Source: Candidatus Omnitrophota bacterium (GTDB lineage Bacteria > Omnitrophota > Gorgyraeia > Duberdicusellales > 4484-171). From it: a DNA stretch of 64,000 nt. The notes beneath the pieces are model-generated. The model saw only the letters and a program-made list of their open reading frames with translations. It searched no databases and was not told the origin of the DNA. Positions 7,803-17,168 of the stretch are shown here, one piece after another; the first letter of the stretch is position 1, and each line of letters opens with the position of its first letter. The translations under genes were made by a program, and so were the position numbers. The DNA lies in the NCBI GenBank assembly GCA_024542985.1, contig JAMXCX010000001.1, positions 3,137 through 67,136 on the forward strand, read 5' to 3'.

Positions 7803-9232
7803 TTTAAGTTAGGGAATCTTGCTGCTTTGACCTCATCAATTCTTTTTACTGAAACCGAGTGAGGTGCAGTTTTGACTTTGGCTAAATCCTGGTCTATCTC
7901 CTTATCTATATCTCTCATGGCTTTAATGAAATAATCCAAAGCCTGCTTGCTTTCAGTTTCTGTAGGTTCTATCATTAAAGCTTCAGCAACAATTAAGGGA
8001 AAATACATTGTCGGGGGATGGATACCAAAGTCAATTAACCTCTTGGCAATATCCAGGCTTGAAGCTCCCCGCTCTTTTTGCTTTTGACAGCTGAACACAA
8101 CTTCATGTAGACACCTTTTAGGGTAAGCTACCTCATATTGATTCTTTAACTTTTCCTTTATATAATTAGCATTTAAAGTCGACACCTGGGCTACCCTTAA
8201 CAAGCCTTGTTCTCCTAAGCGCAAGATATAGGCATAAGCTCTTACCAAGACAAGAAAATTGCCGTAAAATCCTTTTAAGCGGCCGATAGAATTTTTCACC
8301 TGGTAATTCAGGTAAAATTTGTCTCCCCTTTTATCTATCAAGGGAAAGGGCAAAAAATCCTCTAAGGTATCTCCTGCTCCTACTGCGCCGGCACCCGGGC
8401 CGCCGCAGCCGTGAGGTGTAGAAAAAGTCTTATGCAGATTTAAGTGGATAACATCAAACCCCATCAAAGAAGGATTAGTAACGCCTAGCAGAGGGTTGAA
8501 ATTAGCTCCGTCATAATAAAGCAAACCACCTTTTTTATGAACAATATCTCTTATCTCTAGAATATTCTCCTCAAATAACCCTAAAGTATTGGGGTTGGTA
8601 AGCATTATTGCTGCTACTTTATCGTCGACAATCTCTTTCAATCTGTTAATATTTACCAAACCGTCCTTAGTGCTTTCAACTGTCAATACTTGATAACCGC
8701 ACATACTGGCTGTAGCCGGATTAGTTCCGTGAGCGGAATCCGGAATAATAACTTTAGTTTTTTGATTGTTGTTTATCCGGTGAAATTTGCGAATCATCAG
8801 GAGCCCGGCTAACTCACCTTGGGCCCCGCTTGAAGGCTGAAAAGTAAACCTCTTCATCCCGGTAATTACACTTAAGGCTTGGGATAAATTATAAATAAGC
8901 TCTAAAGCACCTTGAATACAATCTGCGTTCTGGTAAGGATGGATATCAGTAAATCCGGCTAGAGAAGCTAAATACTCGTTAAGTTTAGGATTATATTTCA
9001 TAGTGCAGGAGCCTAAGGGGTAAAAATTGCTATCAACAGAAAAATTTGAACTGCTTAAACTAGTATAATGCCGAATTACTTCCAACTCCCCCAGGTTAGG
9101 TAAAGGTAGGTTCTCTCTTAGACAACTTTTAGGAATAACTTTATCCAGCTCAGCTAAAGGAGTATCCGGCTGGTTTATGTAATTAGTATTTTTTGAATTG
9201 CTGTTTTTGTCAAATATTTGTAGTTTCTCCAT
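7781..9232 (-). CDS. gcvPB: glycine dehydrogenase (aminomethyl-transferring) subunit 2
   Basis: PLP-dependent P-protein C-terminal half; start moved to MEKLQIF (ATG 9230-9232) to limit overlap with gcvPA; conserved operon position. Confidence 0.9.
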   Translation of the reverse strand: MEKLQIFDKNSNSKNTNYINQPDTPLAELDKVIPKSCLRENLPLPNLGELEVIRHYTSLSSSNFSVDSNFYPLGSCTMKYNPKLNEYLASLAGFTDIHPYQNADCIQGALELIYNLSQALSVITGMKRFTFQPSSGAQGELAGLLMIRKFHRINNNQKTKVIIPDSAHGTNPATASMCGYQVLTVESTKDGLVNINRLKEIVDDKVAAIMLTNPNTLGLFEENILEIRDIVHKKGGLLYYDGANFNPLLGVTNPSLMGFDVIHLNLHKTFSTPHGCGGPGAGAVGAGDTLEDFLPFPLIDKRGDKFYLNYQVKNSIGRLKGFYGNFLVLVRAYAYILRLGEQGLLRVAQVSTLNANYIKEKLKNQYEVAYPKRCLHEVVFSCQKQKERGASSLDIAKRLIDFGIHPPTMYFPLIVAEALMIEPTETESKQALDYFIKAMRDIDKEIDQDLAKVKTAPHSVSVKRIDEVKAARFPNLKWEKSGD

Positions 9233-10571
9233 GCAACACCTCAGCCAAAGTTTCAATAAAATTGTCAATATCTGCTTTAGTCTTCTTTTCAGTGCAACAG
9301 CTTAAAATAGCATTTTTATGTTTAGGAAATATCCTACCTACAAAATAGCCGGCAATAATATTCTTTTCATAAAGTTTCGCTATAACTGCGGCCGCATCCT
9401 GCACTTCCCAGATAAATTCATTAAATATTTGCTTAGAGTAAGGAATCTTTATACCCCTAATTTCTTTTAGGCGCTGGTAAAGATACTGTGTATTCTGAAA
9501 AGAGCTCAAAGCCACATTTTTCATTCCCTGTTGGCCCATCAACGAAAGATACACAGCTGCCCCGATTGCGTTTAAGGAGTGGTTGGAACAAATATTACTG
9601 GTAGCTTTTTCTCTTCTTATGTGCTGCTCCCGGGTTTGTAAAGTAAGGCAATAAGCCGGTTTAGTTTCTTTATCGGTAGTTTTTCCCACAATTCTTCCCG
9701 GAATTTGTCTTGTGTACTTCTTCCTAGCTGCCAAAAACCCCAATGACGGCCCGCCAAAACTTAAACTCCCCCCCAAAGGCTGGCCATCTCCGCAAACAAT
9801 ATCTACTCCTAATTCAGCCGGTTCTTTGAGAATAGCTAATGACATAGGGTTAGTCACCATAATCGTTATGGCGCCGTAACTAGCTACCGTATTAGATACC
9901 CGCTCTACATTTTCAACCAGTCCGAAAAAATTAGGGCTCTGCAAACAGCAACAAACAACATCATCATCTAAGTATCTCTCTAGAACATCTTTTTCTAAAA
10001 TGCCCTTATCCGCAACTTTTACCTGCTGGATAGTAAAATCAAAACCGCTTAAATAAGTATTTAAAGTCTCTTTGTATTCGGGATGCAAATATTCAGCGAC
10101 AAGAACCTTTTTTCTTTTAGTCATTCTTAAGGCCATAAGTACTGCTTCGGCTAAACTGGATGCACCGTCAAACATAGAGGCGTTAGAAACATCCATGCCT
10201 GTTAAAAGACAGATGTAACTTTGATACTCATAGATGGCCTGTAATATTCCTTGCGAACATTCAGCCTGATAGGGAGTGTAGGCAGTAAGAAACTGCGGCT
10301 GAGAGAGCATGTAGGGCAAAGCCGCCGGTATATAATGGTCGTAACAGCCTGCGCCTAAGAAAGAATTATATTTATCAAGAGTAATGTTTTTAGCTGCCAG
10401 TTCCTCTATTCTTTTCTTGACATCAAATTCGCTGCCACCCCTTGCTAAATCTAAAGGTTTTTTTAATCTTAACGAGGAAGGAATTTGAGCATATAACTCC
10501 TCCAGAGAACTCAAACCTACAACTTTAAGCATTTCTTCGATATCTTGGAGAGTATGGGGAATATAAGGCAT
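9210..10571 (-). CDS. gcvPA: glycine dehydrogenase (aminomethyl-transferring) subunit 1
   Basis: 453 aa; P-protein N-terminal half; between gcvH and gcvPB. Confidence 0.9.
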   Translation of the reverse strand: MPYIPHTLQDIEEMLKVVGLSSLEELYAQIPSSLRLKKPLDLARGGSEFDVKKRIEELAAKNITLDKYNSFLGAGCYDHYIPAALPYMLSQPQFLTAYTPYQAECSQGILQAIYEYQSYICLLTGMDVSNASMFDGASSLAEAVLMALRMTKRKKVLVAEYLHPEYKETLNTYLSGFDFTIQQVKVADKGILEKDVLERYLDDDVVCCCLQSPNFFGLVENVERVSNTVASYGAITIMVTNPMSLAILKEPAELGVDIVCGDGQPLGGSLSFGGPSLGFLAARKKYTRQIPGRIVGKTTDKETKPAYCLTLQTREQHIRREKATSNICSNHSLNAIGAAVYLSLMGQQGMKNVALSSFQNTQYLYQRLKEIRGIKIPYSKQIFNEFIWEVQDAAAVIAKLYEKNIIAGYFVGRIFPKHKNAILSCCTEKKTKADIDNFIETLAEVLHGETTNI

Positions 10572-10606
10572 AATATACTGCTTAAAAGTTTATAATCTGT
10601 AAAGCC

Positions 10607-10981
10607 TCAATGGCTTTCCTTGGCTATCAGTTCCCGGTAAGTACTCTCATCCATAAGGCTATTGAGCTCTGAATGATTTGTAATTTTAAGTTTAACCAGC
10701 CAGCCTTTATCATAAGGCGACTCATTTATCCACTGAGGATTATCAACCAAATCGCTGTTGACCTCAACTATTTCTCCGCTCAAAGGCACATATAATTCGC
10801 TAGCTGTTTTTGTAGATTCAATAGTGCCTAGCTGTTCAGATTTCTGCAACTTTGCTCCTGGCTGCGGTAATTCAATAAAAACTATATCTCCCAGCTGCTT
10901 CTGGGCGTAATCGGTTATGCCTATCGTCGCTATAGCCGCATCTTCTTTGACCCACTCGTGGGATTTAGAGAATTTTAGCAT
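10607..10981 (-). CDS. gcvH: glycine cleavage system H protein
   Basis: 124 aa; lipoyl-lysine motif ESTKTASELY. Confidence 0.9.
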   Translation of the reverse strand: MLKFSKSHEWVKEDAAIATIGITDYAQKQLGDIVFIELPQPGAKLQKSEQLGTIESTKTASELYVPLSGEIVEVNSDLVDNPQWINESPYDKGWLVKLKITNHSELNSLMDESTYRELIAKESH

Positions 10982-10985
10982 TTTA

Positions 10986-12107
10986 TCACACCTCTTTTTT
11001 TGACTTTGTGTTTATTTTAACAAAAGGATATTTAGCTATCTTTGCCTTATAAAACTTTTTTCTTATCTGAATTTCAATTGTTTTCCCGGTGGCTGCGTAT
11101 TCGGATAATACGTAGGCCATACCGATAAATTTATTCAAGTTCGGAGAAAATGTTCCGCTGCAAACTTCTCCTATTTTATTTCTTCCCAGATACAACCCAT
11201 AACCCTGACGGGCAAGAGCCTTCTCATCCATTATAAAACCGACTCTTATTTTCTTTAAGCCTTTATTTTTTATTCCTACAATTTCCTCCTTAGCAATAAA
11301 GTCTTTATTTGATTTTACTGCCCAACCTAAAGAAGCTTCATAGGGATTAGTCTCCTCATTAATCTCATGCCCATATAAAGGGTATCCGGCTTCTATTCTT
11401 AAAATGTCTCTTGAGCCTAGACCGCAGGAAATAAGGCCAAAGCCTTCCCCTTCCTGGATAAGCCTATCCCAAAAATACGGGGCATCTTTTGACTCAATAT
11501 ATATTTCAAACCCATCTTCACCGGTATAGCCGCTGCGGGATATAAGAACCTGCCGATGGTCAATTTCTTTTTTAGTAAAAAACATATAATCTAAGCTGGC
11601 AATCTTTTCGCCAAAAACCCTGGCTATTACTCTAGATGAGCTCGGCCCTTGAATAGAAATAAGGGCTGTTTCTTCACTTTTATCGATGAGCTCAACGCCC
11701 TGTTCCTTATTGTCTCTTAGCCAAGAAACCACTTTATCTTTATTGGAAGAATTTACAACACATAATAAGCTCTCATCGCAATAATAACACATAAAATCAT
11801 CAATAATACCCCCGGAGGTATTCAAAAAAAGATTATACTGCATCTGGCCCGGAGCTATCAAGGAAATATCGTTAGGAGTGAGTTTTTGCAGGAATTTGAA
11901 AGCTCCCTTCCCTTTTATTTCTATTTCACCCATGTGAGAGGCATCAAACAAACCGCAATTTAGGCGCACCTGTTTTGCCTCTTTGAGCATACTGCCATAA
12001 TCTAGAGGCAAGGCCCATCCTGCAAAATCAATTATCCGGCCTTTATTTTGAAGGTGTTTTTGGTAAAGCGGAGTTTTTCTTGATTCCATATTCCTATTTT
12101 TAGTCAA
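10986..12107 (-). CDS. gcvT: glycine cleavage system aminomethyltransferase T
   Basis: 373 aa; first gene of gcvT-H-PA-PB operon. Confidence 0.9.
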   Translation of the reverse strand: MTKNRNMESRKTPLYQKHLQNKGRIIDFAGWALPLDYGSMLKEAKQVRLNCGLFDASHMGEIEIKGKGAFKFLQKLTPNDISLIAPGQMQYNLFLNTSGGIIDDFMCYYCDESLLCVVNSSNKDKVVSWLRDNKEQGVELIDKSEETALISIQGPSSSRVIARVFGEKIASLDYMFFTKKEIDHRQVLISRSGYTGEDGFEIYIESKDAPYFWDRLIQEGEGFGLISCGLGSRDILRIEAGYPLYGHEINEETNPYEASLGWAVKSNKDFIAKEEIVGIKNKGLKKIRVGFIMDEKALARQGYGLYLGRNKIGEVCSGTFSPNLNKFIGMAYVLSEYAATGKTIEIQIRKKFYKAKIAKYPFVKINTKSKKEV

Positions 12108-12294
12108 ATCATAATCTCAACTCCTGCAAAAATTTAGGATATATTTTACCATACAATATTATAAATGTAAGAATAAATTTCCTAAAATGCCGGGCCACGC
12201 TAAAGCGTAACTAATACTCCTACCCGCCCAGCGCCTTCTCGAGCTTTCTGATATCGGGGTAAACCCTATTAAGGTATAAATTAATTATATTATA

Positions 12295-12960
12295 TTATCC
12301 TATATTTAAAATGAAAGAAAGGGTTCTAGAAGGAGTCTTTGTTCGACGGTAAGAGAAAAAAGGCTGCCTTGAACAAAAACTGCAAATATTTACATCAAAA
12401 ATGTTCTTTTGTCTTATCCCCTTTTTAATCAAAGCGGTTTTAGCAAAACCAACCGCATCAAAATAGATCTTAGCGTCCCGCAGCTTTAAAAAAGGCTTAA
12501 AAGCCTTATGCTCTAAAAATTCTCTCCCTACCTCAAAACAGCATTGACGCAAACCTACACCCAGAACGATTTTGAATGAACCCAGCTGGTAAGGAATTTT
12601 ACCCAATATACCTTTTTGGGCTGAACGCCAGCCCAGATGTAAAATACCTATTATACCTTTATCAGCTTGAGAGAAAAAAATTGGCAAACAATCTGCAGTT
12701 TTAACTACTAAAACATTATTTTTGGTCTTTGTAAAAAGGGCATCTCCGCTATATACCCCCGGTCTATCTAGGCAATGGATTTTTGCCGAATGCAGTTGGC
12801 TCATGTAGCTAACCGCCGGCTTAAACTTCAAAAAGGAAAGGACGTTGTGGACGTCTTGAGGAAGGATACCTTCTAAATTCGACTTACTAAACCCGCAGAC
12901 TACAGAAGAAAAAAATAAATCTTCTATCAGAAAATAACTTTTTTGTTCAACCAGTCTCAC
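12295..12960 (-). CDS. pgeF: YfiH/PgeF family purine nucleoside phosphorylase / peptidoglycan editing factor (DUF152)
   Basis: KTADCLPIFF...GILHLGWRS motifs typical of YfiH. Confidence 0.7.
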   Translation of the reverse strand: MRLVEQKSYFLIEDLFFSSVVCGFSKSNLEGILPQDVHNVLSFLKFKPAVSYMSQLHSAKIHCLDRPGVYSGDALFTKTKNNVLVVKTADCLPIFFSQADKGIIGILHLGWRSAQKGILGKIPYQLGSFKIVLGVGLRQCCFEVGREFLEHKAFKPFLKLRDAKIYFDAVGFAKTALIKKGIRQKNIFDVNICSFCSRQPFFSYRRTKTPSRTLSFILNIG

Positions 12961-13180
12961 TTATCCGGACTATCTTATCTCTCTGTTTTGCACCCTTAAT
13001 AATAGTTATATTGCCTTTTTTCGTATTATAATACCTAGCTAAAATCTCAATTAACTTCCTGTTGGCTCTGCCGTCAATCGCCGGCTCACTAAAGTATACT
13101 TTCAAACCATCTTCAAAGGATTCGACTTTTTCTTTTTTAGCCCGAGGCACTGCTCTCACTCTTACTGTCATCATTTTCAA
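12947..13180 (-). CDS. DUF167 (YggU) family protein
   Basis: 77 aa; VRAVPRAKKEKV...IDGRANRKLIEILARYY...IIKGAKQRDKIVRI pattern. Confidence 0.65.
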   Translation of the reverse strand: MKMMTVRVRAVPRAKKEKVESFEDGLKVYFSEPAIDGRANRKLIEILARYYNTKKGNITIIKGAKQRDKIVRISETG

Positions 13181-14075
13181 TAGAGCTTAGCTTAAAAGCT
13201 ATTTTTTCTGCTCTCTTTGTTACTTCTTCATATTTGGAGTAAGCGCTTCTTATGTGCGAACCTAAAATATTATGCTCCCGTATAAACACCAACATATCTT
13301 TCTCGAGCCTTTTCAAATTATCATAAATCTGCTTTGCTCTTTTTCCTATCTTTAAAGCCTGGAATCCCACAAAAATTGTCCGTAAATATGCGTATAAGGT
13401 ATTCGGCCCGACAATAAACACTTTTTTCTGATGAGCAAACTCCAGCAGCACAGTCTCGGTGATTATAAAATAATAAACCGCCTCTGAAGGCACATACATA
13501 AGAGAAAAGTCAACTGTCCCTTCGTCAGGATAAATATAACTAGAAGTTTCTGTGATGCGTTTTTTTATGCTGTCAATAAAAATACGGCGCTTGGCATCTT
13601 TTTGGTCTTGGGAAGCGTCAAGGTAATTCTTAAAAACCTCGTTTGAAAATTTAGCATCCACGGGCACAAGGCCTGAAGGAAGCTTAATCACAAAATCTAT
13701 CCTTTTACCGTCTTTGAACGTGTATTGAGAAATTATTGCCTCTTTAGGTAAAATATCTCTCAGCAAGTTTTCTAGAATACTTTCTCCTACTATCCCTCTT
13801 GCTTTGGTCGGCTTTAAAATATCATGAAATGATTTAGTCAGTTCTAGAATTTGGCGGCTTTCTTTATCCAGGCCGCCAATTTTCTCATAGAGTTTAGCCA
13901 GGCTATCGGAAACGCCTTGTGAAGAATCAAAAATTCTTTTGGTGAACTCCTGCTGCAGAGAATCCAGCTTATTATGAAGAATGATATCGTCTTTGCCTCT
14001 ATTAGACCTGAAAATAAGAATGTTGAGGATAATCAAAATAATCGCTAAGATTGCAAAAAGAAGATATGTTGTCAT
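13137..14075 (-). CDS. rmuC: DNA recombination protein RmuC
   Basis: N-terminal TM helix, coiled-coil, and RmuC core (DFVIKLPSGLVPVDAKF...GPNTLYAYLRTI). Confidence 0.7.
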   Translation of the reverse strand: MTTYLLFAILAIILIILNILIFRSNRGKDDIILHNKLDSLQQEFTKRIFDSSQGVSDSLAKLYEKIGGLDKESRQILELTKSFHDILKPTKARGIVGESILENLLRDILPKEAIISQYTFKDGKRIDFVIKLPSGLVPVDAKFSNEVFKNYLDASQDQKDAKRRIFIDSIKKRITETSSYIYPDEGTVDFSLMYVPSEAVYYFIITETVLLEFAHQKKVFIVGPNTLYAYLRTIFVGFQALKIGKRAKQIYDNLKRLEKDMLVFIREHNILGSHIRSAYSKYEEVTKRAEKIAFKLSSIENDDSKSESSASG

Positions 14076-14095
14076 GAAAGTAAAATTACTTTTTT

Positions 14096-14668
14096 TTAAA
14101 GATAAGTTTTTGTCTTCTTGTAAATATCTTGAGGTTCGGGCATTCTGCCTTCACCATAAATGCCGCAGGCAAGTTCGCCTTTTTGAGGTTTGAGAATAAT
14201 ATACTTTGGGGATATATTTGCGCCTATGGCGGATAATTTCTTCACATTTTCCTGAATAATAGGATTCTTCCACATGTTTTCGTTCATGGCCGGGGCAAGG
14301 ATAACCTTGGTATCCTTAGGTAAAGCACAAACCACAGTGGTAAGAAGGTTATCACATAGGCCTTGGGCTAATTTAGAGAGAGTATTAGCGGAAAGAGGCG
14401 CAATCAGGCAAAAATCAGCCCACTGAGAAAGTGCAATGTGCTGAGTATTCTCCTCTTCCAAAATCTGGAACATATCAATATAAACGGGGTTCTTCGAAAG
14501 ATTCTGGAATACAAGGGGAGTGACAAACTTCGCAGCTGCCTCAGTCATCATTACCTTAACTGAAAAACCGCCTTTAATAAAAAGACGCACCAACTCACAG
14601 GTTTTGTAAGACGCAATGCCTCCGCATATGCCAATTAAAACATTCTTACTCGCTCTTTTTTTGCCCAT
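14096..14668 (-). CDS. coaC: phosphopantothenoylcysteine decarboxylase (stand-alone flavoprotein CoaC)
   Basis: IGICGGIASYK...PAMNENMW...GEGRMPEP flavoprotein motifs. Confidence 0.8.
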   Translation of the reverse strand: MGKKRASKNVLIGICGGIASYKTCELVRLFIKGGFSVKVMMTEAAAKFVTPLVFQNLSKNPVYIDMFQILEEENTQHIALSQWADFCLIAPLSANTLSKLAQGLCDNLLTTVVCALPKDTKVILAPAMNENMWKNPIIQENVKKLSAIGANISPKYIILKPQKGELACGIYGEGRMPEPQDIYKKTKTYL

Positions 14669-14681
14669 GATAAGCCTTATT

Positions 14682-15341
14682 CTAATCTAAGAGGCCGTAA
14701 TTGTAAACTTTAATTTTATTATTTTGAGAAAGGTTAACTATTTTGTGGATAGTAGTAAAAAGGGCCTGTTTGGACCTAATGAGTTTTACCTTTTTGTCTT
14801 TATCAATTAAAAAAGCTCGGTAGGCTTTGCTTAAATCATCTAAAGCATTGGCCACCACATAATCAGATTTATTACTTTTAAGACTAGCATAGGCTGCTTC
14901 AATTAACCCTTCACGTTTAGTTTCAAGCTTAAATTGAATAAGTAAAGATTTTTTTGCCAAAGACCTTATAGATTTTATTATCTTCGGGACAGGGACCAAT
15001 TTTAAAGTAATTTGTTTTTTCCCGGAAGCAATCTTTCCGCTTTTAGAATTCTTAAGTTTATAGTCGCTTACAGCGGCAGTATGGATTATTACATCAAAAT
15101 ATTCCTGCTTTAGAAGTTTATTAATTGCCTTCTTGAATTCATCAAAATATTGATAAGTGATAACCTGCCTATCTCTTATCTCATCCAGGCAGTGAGAATT
15201 CACTAAAAGTTTAACTTTATGCCCATTTTTTTTAAACTCTTTGGCTAAATAAAGTCCGGTCTTACCGGTAAAACGGTTAGTAAGAATTCTCACAGCATCG
15301 ATTTTTACCCAAGTCGCTCCGGCAGTAATTAAAATTTTCAT
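14682..15341 (-). CDS. coaB: phosphopantothenate--cysteine ligase (stand-alone CoaB)
   Basis: ILITAGATWVKIDAVRILTNRFTGKTG = CoaB N-terminal signature; adjacent to coaC. Confidence 0.8.
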   Translation of the reverse strand: MKILITAGATWVKIDAVRILTNRFTGKTGLYLAKEFKKNGHKVKLLVNSHCLDEIRDRQVITYQYFDEFKKAINKLLKQEYFDVIIHTAAVSDYKLKNSKSGKIASGKKQITLKLVPVPKIIKSIRSLAKKSLLIQFKLETKREGLIEAAYASLKSNKSDYVVANALDDLSKAYRAFLIDKDKKVKLIRSKQALFTTIHKIVNLSQNNKIKVYNYGLLD

Positions 15342-15342
15342 T

Positions 15343-16137
15343 TTAGATTTTTTTAATAATAAGTTTTGTTTTTTTGCCCGGCGATATTTTAAAATAGTTT
15401 TTAGCGCTTTCTCCCTTTAGTGAAACTTCTAAATAGCCAAAACTGCCCTCAATGAAAAATGGTTCATTTGGCCTATTTTTGACGTAAGATCCGCTTAGGG
15501 TTTTAATTTTCTTCCCGGCTAAAGTAGCCCTAAATTTTTTACCCTTTAGAAACTTTTGCAGAAAACTTTTTTCTATGTTAGTAACCAGATTGCCGAATTT
15601 ATCTATATAAATAACTTCTCCCTCCAGAAACCTTCTCTTTTCTTTAGGCAAAACAAAATCAAGCTTTTTTATTCTTTCAATGGCCTTACCTAAATGAGAA
15701 AAATAAACGCCTCCGCAAAGATGAGCGGCTACCGGAGCAAAGATATCCCGGCCCTGGAACGTAGATGATATATTTTTTAAGAAAAAACGTTTGTCATTTA
15801 ATTCTATCATTTTCTTAATTCCGTCAGCTTCGGCAGCCGGCCATAAAACGCCGTTGTCGGGGCCGAGGAAATAATAGTTCTTTGTTTTTATGGCAATCGC
15901 TGCTCGCGATGAGCCAACCCCGGGGTCAACTACCACCAAAAAGACCATACCCTTGGGAAAGTAAGAAAAACTTGTCCGCAAAACAAAAGCTGCCTCGTTT
16001 ATCTTATGCGATTTTATCCTATGAGTGATATCTATCAATTTTACTCTCGGATTAATTGTTAAGATAACTCCTTTAACTACTCCGACATAATTATCATTTA
16101 GGCCGAAATCAGTAAGTAAAGCAACTGTATTCTTCAT
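15343..16137 (-). CDS. S-adenosyl-L-methionine hydroxide adenosyltransferase family protein (DUF62)
   Basis: LLTDFGLNDNYVGVVKGVIL...IDITHRI...VVVDPGVGSSR matches DUF62/SalL-like N-terminal domain. Confidence 0.7.
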   Translation of the reverse strand: MKNTVALLTDFGLNDNYVGVVKGVILTINPRVKLIDITHRIKSHKINEAAFVLRTSFSYFPKGMVFLVVVDPGVGSSRAAIAIKTKNYYFLGPDNGVLWPAAEADGIKKMIELNDKRFFLKNISSTFQGRDIFAPVAAHLCGGVYFSHLGKAIERIKKLDFVLPKEKRRFLEGEVIYIDKFGNLVTNIEKSFLQKFLKGKKFRATLAGKKIKTLSGSYVKNRPNEPFFIEGSFGYLEVSLKGESAKNYFKISPGKKTKLIIKKI

Positions 16138-17168
16138 CCTAATAGCCCGCCTGTTTCCTTTACATAAATCTCTGTATTTTTAATAATTTTATTCATCATA
16201 TCAACAACCTTAGCCGGATGTCTTCCTATGGCAGTTTCTGCGGATAAAAGTAGATGCGTTGCTCCGTCTAAAATCGCATTAGCCACATCACTGACTTCGG
16301 CCCTGGTAGGTGAAGGGCGCTCAATCATACTATCAAGCATCTGGGTAGCCACAACAACCGGTTTTTGTTTTATACGGCACATTTTAACAATTTCTTTTTG
16401 AATTACCGGAACCTTATAAATAGGTACACAAATCCCTAAGTCACCCCGGGCAACAATGATGCCATCACAAGAATCAATAATCTCCTCAAGATTTTTAAGA
16501 GCATCTCTGCTTTCAATTTTAGCGATTATCTTACATCCGGGATGTCTGGGTTTAATTAATTCTTTAAGCAGCCGTAAATCCTCGGCGCTGTTAACAAAAG
16601 ACTGGGCGATATAATCTAATTTTTCACCTATGCCAATATTTAAATCTTTTTTATCCTTTTCAGTCAAAGCCTCAAATTCTAACTTTGCTTGGGGTATATT
16701 TATGCCTTTGTGGCTTTGTAATAAACCCGGGGTAATAATCTTTAGTTTTATATGCTTTTTGCCAACTGATTTTACCTCTAAGACTATCCTCCCGTCATCA
16801 ACGTAAATCAAAAATCCCGGTTTTATTCTTTTTAGTGAGCCGAGATAATCAAAAGAGACTTCCCGCTCGCTGCCGACTATATCCTGCTGGGTAAAATAAA
16901 TATAACGGCTTTTTTTTAACTGCAAGGGTTCATTTAACCTGCCGACCCTTATGCGATACCCTTCTAAATCCTGCATTATCTTTATCGAGCGCCTCATCTT
17001 CGCATTAAGAGCCCGAATAAGTGAGATTTTTTCTAAATGTTCTTTAGAGGTGCCGTGAGAAAAATTAAGACGGACACAATCGAGCCCGCTAGTTATCATT
17101 TTGCGCAGGATAGCCTCATTGCTGCTTGAAGGGCCTAAGGTAGCGATAATTTTTGTTACGGGTATCAT
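16134..17168 (-). CDS. pyk: pyruvate kinase, short form lacking C-terminal domain
   Basis: KIIATLGP...NFSHG...KIIAKIES...VARGDLG...ATQMLDSMI PK signatures; protein ends right after the A-domain (344 aa). Confidence 0.8.
   Translation of the reverse strand: MIPVTKIIATLGPSSSNEAILRKMITSGLDCVRLNFSHGTSKEHLEKISLIRALNAKMRRSIKIMQDLEGYRIRVGRLNEPLQLKKSRYIYFTQQDIVGSEREVSFDYLGSLKRIKPGFLIYVDDGRIVLEVKSVGKKHIKLKIITPGLLQSHKGINIPQAKLEFEALTEKDKKDLNIGIGEKLDYIAQSFVNSAEDLRLLKELIKPRHPGCKIIAKIESRDALKNLEEIIDSCDGIIVARGDLGICVPIYKVPVIQKEIVKMCRIKQKPVVVATQMLDSMIERPSPTRAEVSDVANAILDGATHLLLSAETAIGRHPAKVVDMMNKIIKNTEIYVKETGGLLG

Noticed and set aside
12108-12294. Glycine riboswitch upstream of gcvT
   Set aside because: Reading the minus-strand leader gave none of the conserved aptamer blocks (GGAGAG, CGCCGAAGGAGCAA, CUCAGGCAAAAGGAC). 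It is kept only as something to check with cmsearch.
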